A DNA stretch of 64,000 bases, taken from the NCBI RefSeq assembly GCF_004962245.1, contig NZ_SUHQ01000002.1, positions 273,469 to 337,468 of the forward strand, in the 5' to 3' direction. A program made the translations under genes and the position numbers. The first letter of the stretch is position 1; the number at the start of each line of letters is the position of its first letter. Origin of the DNA: Mesorhizobium sp. (GTDB lineage: Bacteria > Pseudomonadota > Alphaproteobacteria > Rhizobiales > Rhizobiaceae). This document shows, one piece after another, positions 26,637 through 36,609 of the stretch. The notes beneath the pieces were generated by a model. The model did not search any database, was not told the origin of the DNA, and worked only from the letters and a program-made list of their open reading frames with translations.

Positions 26637-28994
26637 TCAAACTCCTGCCGCAATTGCGTTGTCGCGCCATGCATCGGCGATGTGAGGGAAATCCAGAGGC
26701 TGGTTGTTGCCGAGGAGCAATTCCAGGACACGCGGCGGCGTCAACGGTATCTCCTGGACGCGTCGACCAGTGGCGTTGGAAACGGCGCAGGCGATTGCCG
26801 CGGCGACGTTGAGGATGGGAACCTCGCCGGCCCCCTTCGTGCCCAGCGGCCCGATCGAAGGCGCCCCTTCGTACAGGCTGATCTCGACCGGCACGACATC
26901 CTGCGCGAGCGGCACCCGGTAGGTCTCCAGGCCGGCCTGGCATATGCGGCCATTGGCGCCGATGGAGATCTCCTCGTGCAAGGCGTAGCCCAGGCCCTGC
27001 ACGACGCCGCCCTGTATCTGTCCGTAGATGGCGCGGGGATTAAGCGCCCGTCCGACATCCTGGACGACCGTGTAACTCAGCACCTCGACATGTCCGGTCT
27101 CTGGGTCGACGGCCACTTCGCAGTCATGCACCGCAAAGACCGGGATATCGATGGCATCGATGAAGTGGCCGGCCGCGCAGCCCGGCATCGCCGCCACGCC
27201 AGGCCCGGTGAAGGCGCCGCTTCCCGAGATCGGACCTGTCACCCGCTGCGCGCGCTCGGCAACCTTCTCGATCGTCGTTCCGGATCCCTTGACGCCAAGG
27301 ATCTCGACGCGCCCGTTTTCGAGAACGAGATCCTCGGCGGAAGCCTCCAGCATGTCCGAGGCGACGTGCAGCAGCTTCTTGCGGACCTCGACGGCGGCGG
27401 CAAGGCTGGCAGCGCCCAGCGAAACGGTCGTCCTGCCGCCGCCGACACCCACATCGAAACCGCCGGCATCCGTGTCGGCGGTGCGCACGACGACATCCTG
27501 CGGCCGCAGGCCCAGCGTGCTGGCGACGATCTGCGGCAGCGACTGCATCATCGAGCCAGAACCGATCTCGACGCCCGAGGTCACCAGCGTCGCGCTGCCG
27601 TCCGGGTTGAGGTTGACGGTTGCCGCCGACGGACCGACGAAGATGAACCAGGTGCCGACCGTCGTGGCCCGCCCATATAGCCTCTCCCCCGCCAAATGTT
27701 TTTTCGACGTCTTGGCCTCGCGCAATTCGGCCATGCGATCGAGCATCGGCCTCAGAACATCGCCTTCGAACACCTGCCCGGTCGCGCCAAGGTCCTTGTC
27801 GCCCAGCACATTGCGCCGGCGAAACTCCAGGGGGTCCATGCCGATGGCGGCGCAGATCTCGTCCGTATGTCGCTCCAGCGCGAACGTGTTGTAGACGCCG
27901 TTGCAGGCCCGGAACGCACCGTTCGGCGCGGTGTTGGTGTAGATGGCGCGGGTCGAGATTTTCACCGAGCCGAGCCGGTAGTTGCCGCCCAACGTGTGCG
28001 CGGTCATGGTTGTCAGGAATATCTGCTCGCCGCCATAGGCACCGCAATCCATCAGCACCACGGCCTCGCGCCCGACGATCTCGCCTTCTCTGGTGACGGC
28101 CGAGCGGATGCGAATCTCGGCATTCTCGCGCGAGAGGCAGGTAAGCATCTCCTCCTCGCGCGAATTGACGAGCTTGACTGGTCTGCCCGCCGCGCGCGCC
28201 AGAAGCGCGGCAAAGGGCTCGAGCGAGCAATCGAATTTAAGTCCGAATCCGCCGCCAACCGCCGGCACGGTGACGCGAACGTGCGACGCCGGCACGCCGA
28301 CAAGGCGCGCGGTGACGTTGCGGACGGTCCAGGGGACCTGGGTCGACGTCTCGATATGGAACCGTCCGTCTTCGTAGGACGCGACGACCGCGCGCGGCTC
28401 GAAGGACAAATGGTTTTGCCGGCCTATCCGGAAGCGGCTGTCGACGATCTCGACATCGTCGCGTGCAAACACCGCGTCGGTGTCGCCGCGCACCACCGTT
28501 GCTTCCCATGCTACATTGCCGGCATGCGCGCCGCCTTCGAGCAGCACCTCGTAATCCCGCCAGTCGGGATGGACCAGCGGCGCATCCGGCGCCAGCGCGT
28601 CGGCCATCGTGATTACCGCCGGCAAGGGCTCCAGTTCGACGACGATCGCCGCGGCGGCCGCTTTGGCCTGCGCGAGGGTCTCGGCTGCGACAGCCGCGAT
28701 CGGCTCGCCGTCGTAGCGGATACAGCCGGTCGCGAACAAGGGGTGGTCGGCAATGCCTATGCCGTGGCGGGCGGGCGAATCCTCGGCCGTCACGATGGCG
28801 CGCACGCCAGGCATCTTGCGCGCCACCGACGTGTCGATGCGCAAGATCCGCGCCGACGGCACCTCGGCGCGCAGCTGCACGGCGTGAAGCATGCCGGGAC
28901 GTCCCTGGTCGACAATGTAGCGCGTGCGGCCCTGCAGCTTGTCGCGGGCATCGCGCCTCGGGAAGTCCATGGTCGCGGTGGATGGCTCAGACAC
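26637..28994 (-). CDS. xanthine dehydrogenase family molybdopterin-binding (large) subunit
   Basis: About 785 aa. DARDKLQGRTRYIVD start, GGGFG motif (VPAVGGGFGLKFD), NGAFRACNG, C-terminal GAGEVPI. GTG 28994 follows GAGGGAG; ATG 28970 is an alternative. Lies 19 bp after the 2Fe-2S gene. Confidence 0.88.
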   Translation of the reverse strand: MSEPSTATMDFPRRDARDKLQGRTRYIVDQGRPGMLHAVQLRAEVPSARILRIDTSVARKMPGVRAIVTAEDSPARHGIGIADHPLFATGCIRYDGEPIAAVAAETLAQAKAAAAAIVVELEPLPAVITMADALAPDAPLVHPDWRDYEVLLEGGAHAGNVAWEATVVRGDTDAVFARDDVEIVDSRFRIGRQNHLSFEPRAVVASYEDGRFHIETSTQVPWTVRNVTARLVGVPASHVRVTVPAVGGGFGLKFDCSLEPFAALLARAAGRPVKLVNSREEEMLTCLSRENAEIRIRSAVTREGEIVGREAVVLMDCGAYGGEQIFLTTMTAHTLGGNYRLGSVKISTRAIYTNTAPNGAFRACNGVYNTFALERHTDEICAAIGMDPLEFRRRNVLGDKDLGATGQVFEGDVLRPMLDRMAELREAKTSKKHLAGERLYGRATTVGTWFIFVGPSAATVNLNPDGSATLVTSGVEIGSGSMMQSLPQIVASTLGLRPQDVVVRTADTDAGGFDVGVGGGRTTVSLGAASLAAAVEVRKKLLHVASDMLEASAEDLVLENGRVEILGVKGSGTTIEKVAERAQRVTGPISGSGAFTGPGVAAMPGCAAGHFIDAIDIPVFAVHDCEVAVDPETGHVEVLSYTVVQDVGRALNPRAIYGQIQGGVVQGLGYALHEEISIGANGRICQAGLETYRVPLAQDVVPVEISLYEGAPSIGPLGTKGAGEVPILNVAAAIACAVSNATGRRVQEIPLTPPRVLELLLGNNQPLDFPHIADAWRDNAIAAGV

Positions 28995-29013
28995 GGCTTC
29001 TTGCTCCCTCGAC

Positions 29014-29472
29014 TCACGCGGCCCGGACCACGGACAAGGCCGCGTCGACGATGCGCTCATATCCGGTGCAGCGGCAGATGTTTCCGGCAAGCGCTGCCTT
29101 TATGTCGTCGCGGCTTGGATTCGGCATGCGCTCGAGAAAGCTGGTCAGGCTCATCAGCATTCCCGGAAAGCACATTCCGCATTGCACCGCGTCGTGCTGT
29201 TCCATCGCCAGCTGCAATGGCGACAGAACGCCGTCCGTCGCCAGCGACTCGACCGTGCGCACCTCGCTATCCGCCGCCAACCCCACGGGCACGAGGCAGG
29301 ACATCACCGAACGCCCGTCCAGCAACACGGTGCAGGCACCGCAGAAGCCCTCGCGGCAGACAATCTTTGCCCCGGTCAGGTGGAATTCATCCCTCAGCAC
29401 ATCGACAAGCGGCGTCAGCGGCTCGGCGGCCGAAAACCGATCTTCACCATTGACGTTGAGACGCAAGGACAT
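29014..29472 (-). CDS. (2Fe-2S)-binding small subunit of the molybdenum hydroxylase
   Basis: 152 aa. CREGFCGACTV, CGMCFPGM and CRCTGY cysteine clusters. Confidence 0.92.
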   Translation of the reverse strand: MSLRLNVNGEDRFSAAEPLTPLVDVLRDEFHLTGAKIVCREGFCGACTVLLDGRSVMSCLVPVGLAADSEVRTVESLATDGVLSPLQLAMEQHDAVQCGMCFPGMLMSLTSFLERMPNPSRDDIKAALAGNICRCTGYERIVDAALSVVRAA

Positions 29473-29493
29473 CGGCTTGATCCCTTCCCGATT

Positions 29494-30354
29494 TCAGGAC
29501 TGCTCTTGCAGGGCGAGCACGGCGCGGCGCACCAGGCTCGGCAGAACTTTCACCCGGTACCAGCCAGGCGCCTCGATGCCGTCGCGGCCCGAAAAATCGC
29601 CGCACAGGCGCTCGGCCTGTTCGGCGGCATGGCGCGGGTCGAGAGCACGGCCGACAAGGCCTGCTTCGAGCAGCGGCCAGCGGCGCGCGACAGGTTCGAC
29701 CGAGCCGACCGCCAGCCTTGCGCTTTCGACGATGCCGGTCGGACCCAGCGTCGCGGCCAGACTGACTGACGCCACCGGATAATCGCCCGCCTTGCGCAGA
29801 GGCAGCCTTATATGCGCCGAGCGTCGCTTCGTGCGTGGAACAATCACGCGGCGGACGAGACGGCCGGGCTCGATGTCTGACCTGATCTCCAGAAAGCGCT
29901 CGACCGTGAGCCGTTCGGACCCGTCCGGTCTCGCGATTTCCAGTTCGGCGTCGAGGCAAATCAGGGCAGGCACGAGATCCGCCGCCGCGAAAGCCGAAGC
30001 GCAGAGGTTTCCCCCAATCGTGGCGACGTTTCGGATTGCCGGATTTGCGGAATTGCCGGCAGCCTGCACCAGCGCGCTGCATTCGGGCAAGAACGCTAGC
30101 GCGTTCGCCAACTCGGCGTGGGTGACGCAGGCCCCGATGCTGATCTCGTGATTGAGAACTTCGACGCGGCGCAACTCGTCGATCTTGGAAATCGCCACAT
30201 AGGACAGATCTTGCGGCTCGTGTCGGAGCGGAGCCCGCATGGTCCAGGTCGCCCCAGCAAGCACACTTGCTGTCCGCCCGCGCTCGGCAAGGGCGGCAAG
30301 CGCGTCGGCCAGCGACGTCGCCACGTAGAGCCGCTCTCCATCTTGGCCGGGCAC
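29494..30354 (-). CDS. FAD-binding (medium, CoxM-like) subunit of the molybdenum hydroxylase
   Basis: 286 aa. LAGATWT, IRNVATIGGNL motifs typical of FAD_binding_5/CO_deh_flav_C proteins. Confidence 0.85.
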   Translation of the reverse strand: MPGQDGERLYVATSLADALAALAERGRTASVLAGATWTMRAPLRHEPQDLSYVAISKIDELRRVEVLNHEISIGACVTHAELANALAFLPECSALVQAAGNSANPAIRNVATIGGNLCASAFAAADLVPALICLDAELEIARPDGSERLTVERFLEIRSDIEPGRLVRRVIVPRTKRRSAHIRLPLRKAGDYPVASVSLAATLGPTGIVESARLAVGSVEPVARRWPLLEAGLVGRALDPRHAAEQAERLCGDFSGRDGIEAPGWYRVKVLPSLVRRAVLALQEQS

Positions 30355-30384
30355 GCGAGAAGTCCTTCCTGCAGCAGGTCGATT

Positions 30385-30975
30385 TCAGCGATCTAGATGG
30401 CCGACAAACTTCCACGCCAGCGGCAGCACCGCGGCGGCAAGCGCCAGCTTGCGCAGGTCGCCGAGGATGAACGGCGTGAGGCCCCAGGCAAGGATCGGCT
30501 TGTCCCATCCGACGACCGTGCCGAGCCAGGAAAGTCCGAAGGCATAGATGACGACGGTCCCCAAAAGCATGGAAAGCGCCATGGTGGCGATCCTGCGATC
30601 CCAGCCACGCTTGGCAAGGAAACCGCAAAGGGCCGCGGCGGGCAGATAGCCGAGGAGGTAGCCTCCGGTCGGGCCGGCCATATAGGCGAGGCCGATGCCT
30701 TTTTCCGGCGTTCCCGCGAAGACCGGAAGCCCGAGCGCGCCTTCGGCGAGGTAAAGCGCCACCGTCGCTGCACCCAGGCGCCACCCGAAGGCCGTTCCGA
30801 TGACCAGAACGACGAAGGTCTGCATGGTCATCGGCACCGGATAGAATGGCACCTGCAGCTTGGCCGACAGCCACAGCGCCAGTGACCCGGCAATGGCCAG
30901 GACGACATTCCTGAGTGCGGTGGTCCGGTCGGAGAAGGCCTGGTCTGCAAGCACGGGATAGGTCGAGGAAAACAT
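30385..30975 (-). CDS. bioY: biotin transporter BioY
   Basis: 196 aa. PVPMTMQTFVVLVIG, LGLPVFAG, GPTGGYLLGY are BioY hallmarks. Lies 32 bp after the permease and 30 bp before the FAD subunit, so it is inside the operon. Confidence 0.85.
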   Translation of the reverse strand: MFSSTYPVLADQAFSDRTTALRNVVLAIAGSLALWLSAKLQVPFYPVPMTMQTFVVLVIGTAFGWRLGAATVALYLAEGALGLPVFAGTPEKGIGLAYMAGPTGGYLLGYLPAAALCGFLAKRGWDRRIATMALSMLLGTVVIYAFGLSWLGTVVGWDKPILAWGLTPFILGDLRKLALAAAVLPLAWKFVGHLDR

Positions 30976-31007
30976 GGTCTTTCCTTTCGATTGTCGGGTT
31001 GGACTGG

Positions 31008-32048
31008 TCAGCTCTCGCCAACCAGCATGCGATAGCGGAACTGATCGAGGATGACGGCGAGCACCAGCAGCGAGCCAAGCAAGACCATCTGCATGTACGA
31101 GCCGATCTGGGCGATGTTCATGCCGTTCTTCAGGAGCACGATGAAGAAGGCGCCGAGAACGACATTCTCCACACGGCCGAGCCCGCCTCGCAAGGAAACG
31201 CCGCCAATGACGCAGGCTGCGATCGATTCCAGCGCGATCGTGCCGCCGAGATTGCTTTCACCGGACTCGACGCGCGCCGTGAGCAGAAGGCCCGCGAGAG
31301 AGGCCAGCAGCGCGCACAGCACATAGGCCAGGAACAGCACCCGCTTTGTGTTGACGCCCGAAAGGTTGGCTGCCCTTACATTGCCGCCAACCGCGTAGAT
31401 GTGAGAGCCGAGTTTCGTCCGGTTCATCACCAGCCAGATGGCAACGATCGCCAGCAAGGCGATCATTACCGGAACGGGGACGCCCAGCACCCGCCCGAAG
31501 CCGAAGAAATTGCCGAAATCATAGGGCAGCCCGGCCACCGGAACGCCGCCGGTCAGGAACAGCGCGATCCCTGCGCCGACCGACTGCACGCCAAGCGTCA
31601 TGATGAACGGTGAGACATCGAACTGGGCGATGCCGAGCCCGTTCAGGCAGCCGATCAGCAGCGCGGCGCCCAGACCGGCACCGGCGCCAAGCAGGATGAC
31701 CAGCCAGATCATATCAGGCATGAGCGGCGCCAGCGCCACCATCGCCAGCGCCGACACGACCGAGGTCATGGCGATTGCCGTGCCGACCGAAAGGTCGAAG
31801 CCTCCGGTGATGAGAACCAGCATCTGGCCCAGCGAGACGAGGACCAGATAGACCGACTGCCTGGCGACATTGGTGAGATTCTGGATCGACAGGAACTGGT
31901 TCGAGATCAGCGAGAAGACGATCAACGAAACGACGAGGAAGAACGGCAGTACCCCGACGCGCAGGAACACCGATCTTATGGCTGCCAGCAGGATGGCGGG
32001 GCCGCGCGGCGCCTCTGTGTCCCTGGTTTGGCTGCTCTGGATGGTCAT
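31008..32048 (-). CDS. ABC transporter permease (ribose-type, CUT2)
   Basis: 346 aa polytopic. 4-bp overlap with the upstream ATPase gene. Confidence 0.88.
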   Translation of the reverse strand: MTIQSSQTRDTEAPRGPAILLAAIRSVFLRVGVLPFFLVVSLIVFSLISNQFLSIQNLTNVARQSVYLVLVSLGQMLVLITGGFDLSVGTAIAMTSVVSALAMVALAPLMPDMIWLVILLGAGAGLGAALLIGCLNGLGIAQFDVSPFIMTLGVQSVGAGIALFLTGGVPVAGLPYDFGNFFGFGRVLGVPVPVMIALLAIVAIWLVMNRTKLGSHIYAVGGNVRAANLSGVNTKRVLFLAYVLCALLASLAGLLLTARVESGESNLGGTIALESIAACVIGGVSLRGGLGRVENVVLGAFFIVLLKNGMNIAQIGSYMQMVLLGSLLVLAVILDQFRYRMLVGES

Positions 32049-33562
32049 GATTGGATCCCCGTCTCCGCAAAGAAATGTTTCAGGACATTCTCCTCCGCGA
32101 TCTCGGCGCCGGTGAGTTCGGCCGACACCCTGCCCTTCGAGAAAACCAGCAGCCGGTGCGCAAGGTTCATCACCTCCGGCAGGTCAGAGGAGATCACCAC
32201 CACCGCCTTGCCGGCCTCCGCGATCTCCTTGATCAGCCGGTAGAGCGCGGCGCGCGTGCCCATGTCGACACCGACCGTCGGCTCGTCGAAGATGTAGATA
32301 TCCCGCTCCTCGCCAAATCCCTTGCCGAACAGCACCTTTTGCTGGTTGCCGCCCGAAAGCTTCGAGACGATCCGGCCCATGTGGCCTGAGGCAATGCCGA
32401 CACGTTCGCCGATCTTGTCGGCCAAAGCCTTGATGCGGCGCGGCGCAACGAAGCCGAAGCGGCCCGCCATGCCGGCACGGCCGAGCAGGCTGAGCTTGAT
32501 GTTTTCGCGCGCCGTCGCCGCCAGTTGCAGCCCCTCGCTCTTGCGGTCCGGCGGCAGATAATAGACGCCGCCACGCAGCATATGCCTTGTCGCCGCATGG
32601 GTCACGTCGCGCCCGTTCAGCGTGACCGTGCCTGACCGGATCGGCTGCAGTCCAAGCACGCTGCGCCAGATCCGCGACTTGCCGCTCCCGACCAGTCCGG
32701 CAATGCCCAGGACCTCGCCGGCGCGCACGTCGATATCGACGCCGTGGAAGCCGGCGCCATGCATCTGGCGCAGCGTCATCAGCGTCCGGCCATCGCTCTG
32801 GCGGCCGATCTCGGGGTAGATCTGGTCGATCGCGCGGCCGGTCATCAGCTCGACGAGCGCCTTCTCCGACGTGTCGCGCGCCGACACCGTGCCGATCAGC
32901 CGGCCGTCGCGAAGCACGCTGATATTGTCGGCGATCTCGCGAAATTCCTGGATGCGATGCGAAATGTAGATGATGCCGACGCCGTCGGCCTTCGCCTTGG
33001 CGATGAAGGCGAAAAGCTTGCGCGTTTCCTTTTCGGTGAGCGAGGCGGTCGGCTCGTCGAGGATCAGAACCTGCGCCTTGGCCAGGAACACCTTGGCGAT
33101 CTCCACCATCTGCTGCTCGGCGCGCGACAAAGTGGAAACGCGCCGGCGGATGTCGATCTCGAAGCCCAGATCCCGAAACAGCGTGCGCGCCCCCTCGACC
33201 ATGGCGCGCCGGTCGGTCAAAGGCCCGCGCTTCAGCTCGCGGCCGAGATAGACGTTCTCGAAAACGCGCAATGTCGGGATCAGCGAGAATTCCTGGAACA
33301 CCGTGCCGATGCCATGTTTGGCGGCGTCGTGCACGGAGCGCAGGTCGACCTCTTCGCCATCGATGCGCAAAGACCCGGATGTCGGCCGGTAGAGGCCGGA
33401 GAGGACCGAGATCAGCGTCGACTTTCCGGCGCCGTTCTCGCCGAACAGCACGTGAACCTCGCCGCGCTGAAGCATGAAATCGACGCCGTCGAGCGCCTTG
33501 ACGCCGGGAAACTCCTTCGAGATCTGGGTCATCTCCACGAGCGGTGGGTTTGTGTCGTCCAT
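32045..33562 (-). CDS. sugar-type ABC transporter ATP-binding protein (duplicated ABC domains)
   Basis: 505 aa. Walker A GENGAGKST, LSRAEQQMVEIAK, second signature LSGGNQQKV. Confidence 0.9.
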   Translation of the reverse strand: MDDTNPPLVEMTQISKEFPGVKALDGVDFMLQRGEVHVLFGENGAGKSTLISVLSGLYRPTSGSLRIDGEEVDLRSVHDAAKHGIGTVFQEFSLIPTLRVFENVYLGRELKRGPLTDRRAMVEGARTLFRDLGFEIDIRRRVSTLSRAEQQMVEIAKVFLAKAQVLILDEPTASLTEKETRKLFAFIAKAKADGVGIIYISHRIQEFREIADNISVLRDGRLIGTVSARDTSEKALVELMTGRAIDQIYPEIGRQSDGRTLMTLRQMHGAGFHGVDIDVRAGEVLGIAGLVGSGKSRIWRSVLGLQPIRSGTVTLNGRDVTHAATRHMLRGGVYYLPPDRKSEGLQLAATARENIKLSLLGRAGMAGRFGFVAPRRIKALADKIGERVGIASGHMGRIVSKLSGGNQQKVLFGKGFGEERDIYIFDEPTVGVDMGTRAALYRLIKEIAEAGKAVVVISSDLPEVMNLAHRLLVFSKGRVSAELTGAEIAEENVLKHFFAETGIQS

Positions 33563-33625
33563 TTTGCCTGGGTCCAGTCGGTCCGGTCCCGCCTTGCCTG
33601 GCGGAACCGGACCGAGACGTCGCGA

Positions 33626-34693
33626 TCAGTTCACGTTGAAGACCGGCTTGTAGCCATCCGGCGGCAGGATATTCGTCGGCGAAACGTCGTTGATGTTGGA
33701 CGGATCCACGACAAAGATCTTCGGGCCGACATGCTTGACGTAGTCCTTGCCTTCCAGGATGCGCACGGCCTGGTCCACGGCGATGCGGCCCTGGATGACC
33801 ATCGAGTCGGCCGGCGAGGCGAGGATGAAGCCGCGCTTGATGCCCTCATAGACGCCGGGCGTCATGTAGAACGAGAGCAGATCGACCTGGCCTTGCAGGC
33901 CGCGCTCGCGAATGATGCCCTGCGCCGCCTCCGCCGTCACCGCCGTGCCGGCGATGTAGCGGATGTTCGGATTGGCCTGCAGCGCGTCCTCGACGAGCTT
34001 GAGCTGCACTTCCTTGCCGGTGTCGCCGAACTTGGGCTCCAGCACCTTGACCGCGGACCCCTTGACGGCGTCGAGGAAGCCTTCGTTCGCCGCGCTCACC
34101 CAGCCGGCGCCCGCCGGCCCGGGGAACCAGCCCACCACCACCTCTTCGCTGCCAGCCGGGTGCTTCTTGGCGAGATAGGCGCCGGCTTCCGAACCCATCG
34201 TGTAGAACGACACCAGCGACTTCGCCGAAATATCCGGCGACGAGATGCCGTTGATGACGTCGATCACCGGAATGTCCTTCTTGCGGACTTCCGAGACGAG
34301 ATTGTTGAGGCCGTCGGCGGAAATCGCGCCGATGATGACCGCATTGGCGCCGCTGGCGACGCAATCCTCGATCTGCGAAATCTGCTTGTCGAGCTCGGTG
34401 TAGCCGCCGGCCTCGGACAGGTTCATCTTGACGCCGAGCCGCTTGGCCTCCTCCGCAACGCCATAGTCGACGCCGAGCCAATAGGCGTCCTTCATGTGCG
34501 GAAACGAGACGCAGATGTTCCAGGGCTTCGTCGCCTTGTCGAGCGGCTCGTAGGTGACATCAACCGATTTGCCATCGGCGGCAAAGGCCGGCTCGATCTT
34601 GGCGGCGTCGTAGGGATACCAGTCGGCGGCGTAGGTGGCGCCGGCAACTAGGGTTGCCGCCGTTGCAAGCATCATTTTCCTGAGATTTCTCAT
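33626..34693 (-). CDS. periplasmic substrate-binding protein, TorT/ribose-binding-like
   Basis: 355 aa. Signal peptide MRNLRKMMLATAATLVAGATYA. AAAGGGGA RBS. NICVSFPHMKDAYW start typical of TorT-like Peripla_BP proteins (recalled from memory). Confidence 0.8.
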   Translation of the reverse strand: MRNLRKMMLATAATLVAGATYAADWYPYDAAKIEPAFAADGKSVDVTYEPLDKATKPWNICVSFPHMKDAYWLGVDYGVAEEAKRLGVKMNLSEAGGYTELDKQISQIEDCVASGANAVIIGAISADGLNNLVSEVRKKDIPVIDVINGISSPDISAKSLVSFYTMGSEAGAYLAKKHPAGSEEVVVGWFPGPAGAGWVSAANEGFLDAVKGSAVKVLEPKFGDTGKEVQLKLVEDALQANPNIRYIAGTAVTAEAAQGIIRERGLQGQVDLLSFYMTPGVYEGIKRGFILASPADSMVIQGRIAVDQAVRILEGKDYVKHVGPKIFVVDPSNINDVSPTNILPPDGYKPVFNVN

Positions 34694-34772
34694 GCCATTC
34701 CCCTTTCTTGTTATCGGCCGCCGTCTTCCGGACGGTTCGGCCGCACTTACCCAAATGCCAATTGCCCAAGCC

Positions 34773-35744
34773 TCAGTCGAAAACGCTCCTGATCCTGTCG
34801 AGCAATGCTGCCCGGTCGGCGCGGGCCTTCAGCGCGCCATCCATGTCGACCTTGACGAAAGATGTCGGCGTGTTCGGCTGCAACTGGCCGATCAGGTCCA
34901 TGTCGGCCGAAACGACCGTGCCGACCATGAAGTAGCCGCCGCCCGAGACCGCGTCGCGGTGCAGGATGATCGGCTCGGTGCCGCCCGGCACCTGGATCGA
35001 GCCGTAGGGGTAGCAACTGTCGACGATGTTCGACGGATCCGACCCGGCCCCGAAGGGCTGGTCGCGCTCGACGAATTGCAACGGCCGGCCGCCGCGGAAG
35101 CGGTAGCCCATGCGGTCGGCCTCCGGCGCCACCTTCCACTGGTCGTCGAAGAAGTTCCGGTGCGATTCCTCGGTAACGCGGTGCCAATAGAGGCCTGGCA
35201 AGACGCGCAGTTCGGCAGGCATTCCCGGCCGCCGGCGCAGCGCTTTCGGAATGCTGCGCCCTTCCGTCCCGGCAGCAGCGCTGCCGACGGGCAGCTCGTC
35301 GTCCTTGGCGATGGCGCGGCCCTTGAAGCCGCCCAGCGCGCCGATCGGATAGGTCGAGCGGCTGCCAAGCGCGATCGGCACATCGATGCCGCCGGCGATC
35401 GCGATGTAGATGCGGGCGCCGGTCTGCAGGAAACCGAAGCTAAGCACTTGTCCTGCCCTGACCTTCAGCGCCGTCCAGGACGGCTGTTCCTCGCCGTCGA
35501 GCTTGATCGGCATGTCCGCGCCGGTCACCGCGATCAGCGCGTCGCGGGTGAATTCGAGATGCGGTCCGATGAACACCGCCTCGAGGCCGGCCGCTCCCTC
35601 GTCATTGCCGACGAGCAGATTGGCGGCGCGCAGCGCCAGCCGGTCCATGGCACCGCCGATCGGGATGCCGAGATGAAAATAGCCCGGACGGCCAAGATCC
35701 TGAACCGTGGTCGAAAGCCCCGGATTGAGTACCTTAACGGCCAT
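34773..35744 (-). CDS. PxpC-like / KipA-like biotin-dependent carboxyltransferase family protein (allophanate hydrolase subunit 2 family)
   Basis: 323 aa. LSTTVQDLGRPGY, GAMD, ADRMGYRF motifs. Overlaps the PxpB-like gene by 11 bp. Confidence 0.85.
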   Translation of the reverse strand: MAVKVLNPGLSTTVQDLGRPGYFHLGIPIGGAMDRLALRAANLLVGNDEGAAGLEAVFIGPHLEFTRDALIAVTGADMPIKLDGEEQPSWTALKVRAGQVLSFGFLQTGARIYIAIAGGIDVPIALGSRSTYPIGALGGFKGRAIAKDDELPVGSAAAGTEGRSIPKALRRRPGMPAELRVLPGLYWHRVTEESHRNFFDDQWKVAPEADRMGYRFRGGRPLQFVERDQPFGAGSDPSNIVDSCYPYGSIQVPGGTEPIILHRDAVSGGGYFMVGTVVSADMDLIGQLQPNTPTSFVKVDMDGALKARADRAALLDRIRSVFD

Positions 35745-36609
35745 TGATCATGCCCTCCAGCCTGGCGTTGTAGCCGTCGATGTCCTTCTGGAATTCGCGC
35801 AGGTCGAAAGTGACGTCGCTGATTGCCGGCGCGAACCGGCCGGCGGCGACGTCCTCGACCGTATGGTCGTATTCTTCGCGTCCGATCGGCTTGAACTTGA
35901 CGATGTCGCCGGGACGGAAGAACACCATGAAGTCGCGGAGGTAGCTGGTCTTCTGTTCCGGATCGAAGATCGGCATCGGCGTGATGCCGAACATCTGATA
36001 GCCGCCGGCGCCGCGCACCGAATAGATGCAGGAAAAGCAACCGCCATAGCCGACGGTGAGCTTGGGCGTGTCGGTGCGCGGCCGGAGGTATTTCGGCACC
36101 TGGATCTGCCGCGGCCGGTCGACCATCTGGTACATGAAAGGCAGCCCGGCGACGAAGCCGACCATCGACACGAACCAAGGCGACCCGGCATGGGCGGCGA
36201 TGAAGTCGTCGACCGTCGAATAGTTGTTGATCCGGGCGGCGTATTCGAGGTCCGTGGCCTTCGGATCCTGGTGCCGCTCGCGAAACCGCATCAGCGTCTC
36301 GTGCGTCCAGGGGTCCTGGTAGAACACCGGGATTTCGATGATCCTCGTCGCAATCACCGGATCGGTTTTGCTGGCCGCGCTTTCAATCGCCTGCACTTCG
36401 CGCAGCATGTCGTCGGGCCGGATGATGTCGGGATTGAACTTGATCTGGAACGAGGCGTTTGCCGGGCAGATCTCGGTGACGCCCTTGATCTGGCTATCGC
36501 GCACGGCGTTGGTCATCGACAGGCTCTTGAAAAACGCCTCCAGCGACATGCTCTCGTCGCACTCGACGAAGAGATGCTCGTCGCCTCCGAATGAATAGCG
36601 GTTTTGCAT
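35734..36609 (-). CDS. PxpB-like / KipI-like protein (allophanate hydrolase subunit 1 family)
   Basis: 291 aa. GFVAGLPFMYQMV and TVGYGGCFSCIYSVRGAGGYQMFG resemble the cyclophilin-like CT_C_D fold proteins. Confidence 0.8.
   Translation of the reverse strand: MQNRYSFGGDEHLFVECDESMSLEAFFKSLSMTNAVRDSQIKGVTEICPANASFQIKFNPDIIRPDDMLREVQAIESAASKTDPVIATRIIEIPVFYQDPWTHETLMRFRERHQDPKATDLEYAARINNYSTVDDFIAAHAGSPWFVSMVGFVAGLPFMYQMVDRPRQIQVPKYLRPRTDTPKLTVGYGGCFSCIYSVRGAGGYQMFGITPMPIFDPEQKTSYLRDFMVFFRPGDIVKFKPIGREEYDHTVEDVAAGRFAPAISDVTFDLREFQKDIDGYNARLEGMINGR

Noticed and set aside
32744-34651. 635-aa plus-strand ORF, and similar long ORFs 27696..29453, 26682..27680, 36816..38093, 42313..43635, 23417..24919, 14249..15718, 47897..49447, 29444..31078, 19495..20517 and 20274..21392
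   Set aside because: All lie opposite to or out of frame with genes that carry unambiguous family motifs. Their translations are low-complexity R/G/A/D/H-rich sequence, typical of high-G+C shadow frames.
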